The notes beneath the pieces are model-generated. The model was not told the DNA's origin and did no database searches. It saw only the letters and a program-made list of their open reading frames with translations. Position numbers and translations under genes: made by a program. Below, piece after piece: positions 62,547 through 64,000 of a stretch of DNA of 64,000 bases (positions within the stretch are counted from its first letter, which is position 1; each line of letters begins with the position of its first letter). This DNA comes from a virus, in IMG/VR virus record IMGVR_UViG_3300045988_115142; one strand, given 5' to 3'.

Positions 62547-63590
62547 ATGGATATACAAGAAGAATTAAAATACTATCTAATGGAAACATTTCCAGATGCT
62601 AAATCCGCATCAAATGGAAGAGAAGTAGTTATTAGATGCCGCTTCTGTGGTGATAGTAAGAATAAAGACTCTAGACACTTATACTTATCATTAGGAGATT
62701 CTGTTAAAGGAATACCTCCATTGTATCATTGCTTTAAGTGTAATGAGAGTGGTGTATTGTCTAAAGATGTTATCAGAGAACTTATGGGTTATGCTGATAC
62801 ATCTGAAGTATTATATAAACTGGATAAATCGAATAAAGAGATATTTAAGAATTCTAAATATCGACCATTAAATAACAATTACTATTTGAATCAAAATTAC
62901 CCATATACCGATAATACTTATAACACAAAGAAAATTGAATATATATCTAATCGTCTTGGAATAGATTTTTCTTATGGTGAAATAATCTCTAACAAAATAA
63001 TACTTGACGTAAAAGAATTATTAAGTTATAATAAGATTAACGTTGAGAATCGATTTCGTGATCTAATCGATTATGCTTCGCTGAATTGTATTGGCTTTCT
63101 AAGTATGAATAATAGTTTTGTCACATTTAGAAATCTCCGTAAGAATCCACCAAGACAGTTTAACTTTAGATACATGCAATACAACATTTTCAATTCATTT
63201 GAATCAGGGAATAAGTATTATTGTATTCCGACCATAATAAACACGATGTCGAATGAACCTATACATATTCGAATAGCGGAGGGGGCTTTCGATATATTAT
63301 CCGTTAAGTATAATTTATGTGGAGGTAACACTGAACAACAGATGTACATATCTGCTAATGGTAAAGGTTTTAGTAGTGTAATTAAACATGTTTTAACTAC
63401 ATATCCTATACCTAATTTAATTTTAGACCTGTATTTAGACAACGATTATGGTAATGATTACGCCATATGGAATTGTAAAAAAGCTCTTGAATTAAATATA
63501 CCAGTATACTTACACAGGAACAGGTTTGAAGGTGAGAAAGACTTTGGAGTTCCCGCTAATAAAATTTGTGAACAGGTTTTGAAAGTTTAA
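62547..63590 (+). CDS. DNA primase (zinc-finger plus TOPRIM, DnaG/T7 gp4-like)
   Basis: N-terminal Zn-binding CRFCGD...H...CFKCNESG. TOPRIM-like IRIAEGAFDILSV (Glu) and LYLDNDYGNDYA (DxD). AAAGGAGG upstream of the ATG at 62547. Confidence 0.7.
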   Translation: MDIQEELKYYLMETFPDAKSASNGREVVIRCRFCGDSKNKDSRHLYLSLGDSVKGIPPLYHCFKCNESGVLSKDVIRELMGYADTSEVLYKLDKSNKEIFKNSKYRPLNNNYYLNQNYPYTDNTYNTKKIEYISNRLGIDFSYGEIISNKIILDVKELLSYNKINVENRFRDLIDYASLNCIGFLSMNNSFVTFRNLRKNPPRQFNFRYMQYNIFNSFESGNKYYCIPTIINTMSNEPIHIRIAEGAFDILSVKYNLCGGNTEQQMYISANGKGFSSVIKHVLTTYPIPNLILDLYLDNDYGNDYAIWNCKKALELNIPVYLHRNRFEGEKDFGVPANKICEQVLKV

Positions 63591-63624
63591 GTAAACTTTG
63601 TTTATGAGAAGGGAAGTGTTATTT

Positions 63625-63906
63625 ATGAAATCTCCAAAAGAGCTTTTACGGGGAGTGTCTGATTGGATGATGTTTATTGAGGAACTTAAATTGACTAAAT
63701 ACGAAGTATTTATCATTTTCCTCTCCTATACTATTTTCCTCATGGCACTCTTCTTCTCTATTCTTGCTTTCATATCTCTTTATTGTAGTGGAAATCTTTC
63801 AATGATATGCCCAGTTATATTACTGGGTATAGTCGTTGATATTTTTCTCTTCATCAAGTCGTTTAAACTATATGAAGAGATAGTTGCTAGTAAGAAATTC
63901 AAATAG
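63625..63906 (+). CDS. Small membrane protein (two predicted TM helices)
   Basis: The ATG at 63625 has GAAGGGAAG upstream. Hydrophobic stretches IIFLSYTIFLMALFFSILAFISLY and ICPVILLGIVVDIFLFI. Confidence 0.65.
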   Translation: MKSPKELLRGVSDWMMFIEELKLTKYEVFIIFLSYTIFLMALFFSILAFISLYCSGNLSMICPVILLGIVVDIFLFIKSFKLYEEIVASKKFK

Positions 63907-63914
63907 ATCACTTG

Positions 63915-63938
63915 CCCATAGCCAATATTGGCTATGGG
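63915..63938 (+). terminator. Intrinsic terminator, perfect palindrome
   Basis: CCCATAGCCAATATTGGCTATGGG followed by AATTTTATTTTC. Confidence 0.85.
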
Positions 63939-63968
63939 AATTTTATTTTCTCAGGAAGGAATAATGAA

Positions 63969-64000
63969 ATGAAAACATGCGTAACACTTTATGAAACACA
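63969..64000 (+). CDS. 5' end of a CDS running off the window (MKTCVTLYET...)
   Basis: AGGAAGGA lies 8 nt upstream of the ATG at 63969. Only 10 codons are visible. Confidence 0.4.
   Translation, partial: MKTCVTLYET

Noticed and set aside
1-64000. CRISPR arrays, integrase/transposase genes, prophage attachment sites, rRNA/tRNA genes
   Set aside because: None was seen. There are no spaced direct-repeat arrays and no recombinase or transposase motifs in any ORF. The only repeat families are the terminator-like palindromes and the short TAGTTTGG triplet.

Overview
AT-rich, very gene-dense segment with about 60 protein genes, nearly all on the + strand. Almost every start is preceded by a strong AGGAGG-type Shine-Dalgarno. 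It reads as part of a large or jumbo virulent tailed phage of a low-GC, Firmicute-like host. I saw no integrase, transposase, tRNA, rRNA or CRISPR array. The left edge carries minus-strand structural genes, including a repeat-built fibre-like protein of more than 1190 aa that runs off the window and is absent from the ORF track. The rest is dominated by replication, recombination and nucleotide-metabolism genes: PD-(D/E)xK nuclease, Mre11/SbcD-like nuclease, DnaB-like helicase, SF1B Dda/RecD-like helicase, a two-subunit type II topoisomerase, DHH phosphoesterase, class III RNR (NrdD plus NrdG), dUTPase, RecA/UvsX-like recombinase, NAD-dependent ligase, DnaG-type primase and an SSB-like protein. 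Also present are a tubulin/FtsZ-family (PhuZ/TubZ-like) GTPase followed by three tandem HTH paralogs, two non-adjacent halves of a phage multisubunit RNA polymerase beta subunit, a GroEL-like chaperonin, a membrane-anchored GH73 glucosaminidase, an HExxH protease, and a probable scaffold plus major-capsid block. Four signals are not explained by ordinary genes. (1) A roughly 1-kb ORF-free, helix-dense region (6380-7420) contains a 21-bp long-range helix closing a five-hairpin domain; it is a candidate large structured RNA, alternatively an origin or a MITE-like element. (2) A family of near-identical AATATT-centred palindromic hairpins sits at gene ends. (3) Two unrelated proteins share an identical C-terminal IPGFE tip (17 identical nt) after disordered linkers. 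(4) A module of a Cys-rich tail-anchored membrane protein plus a coupled microprotein is duplicated. All functional calls come from motif recognition by eye; no database search or folding computation was possible.
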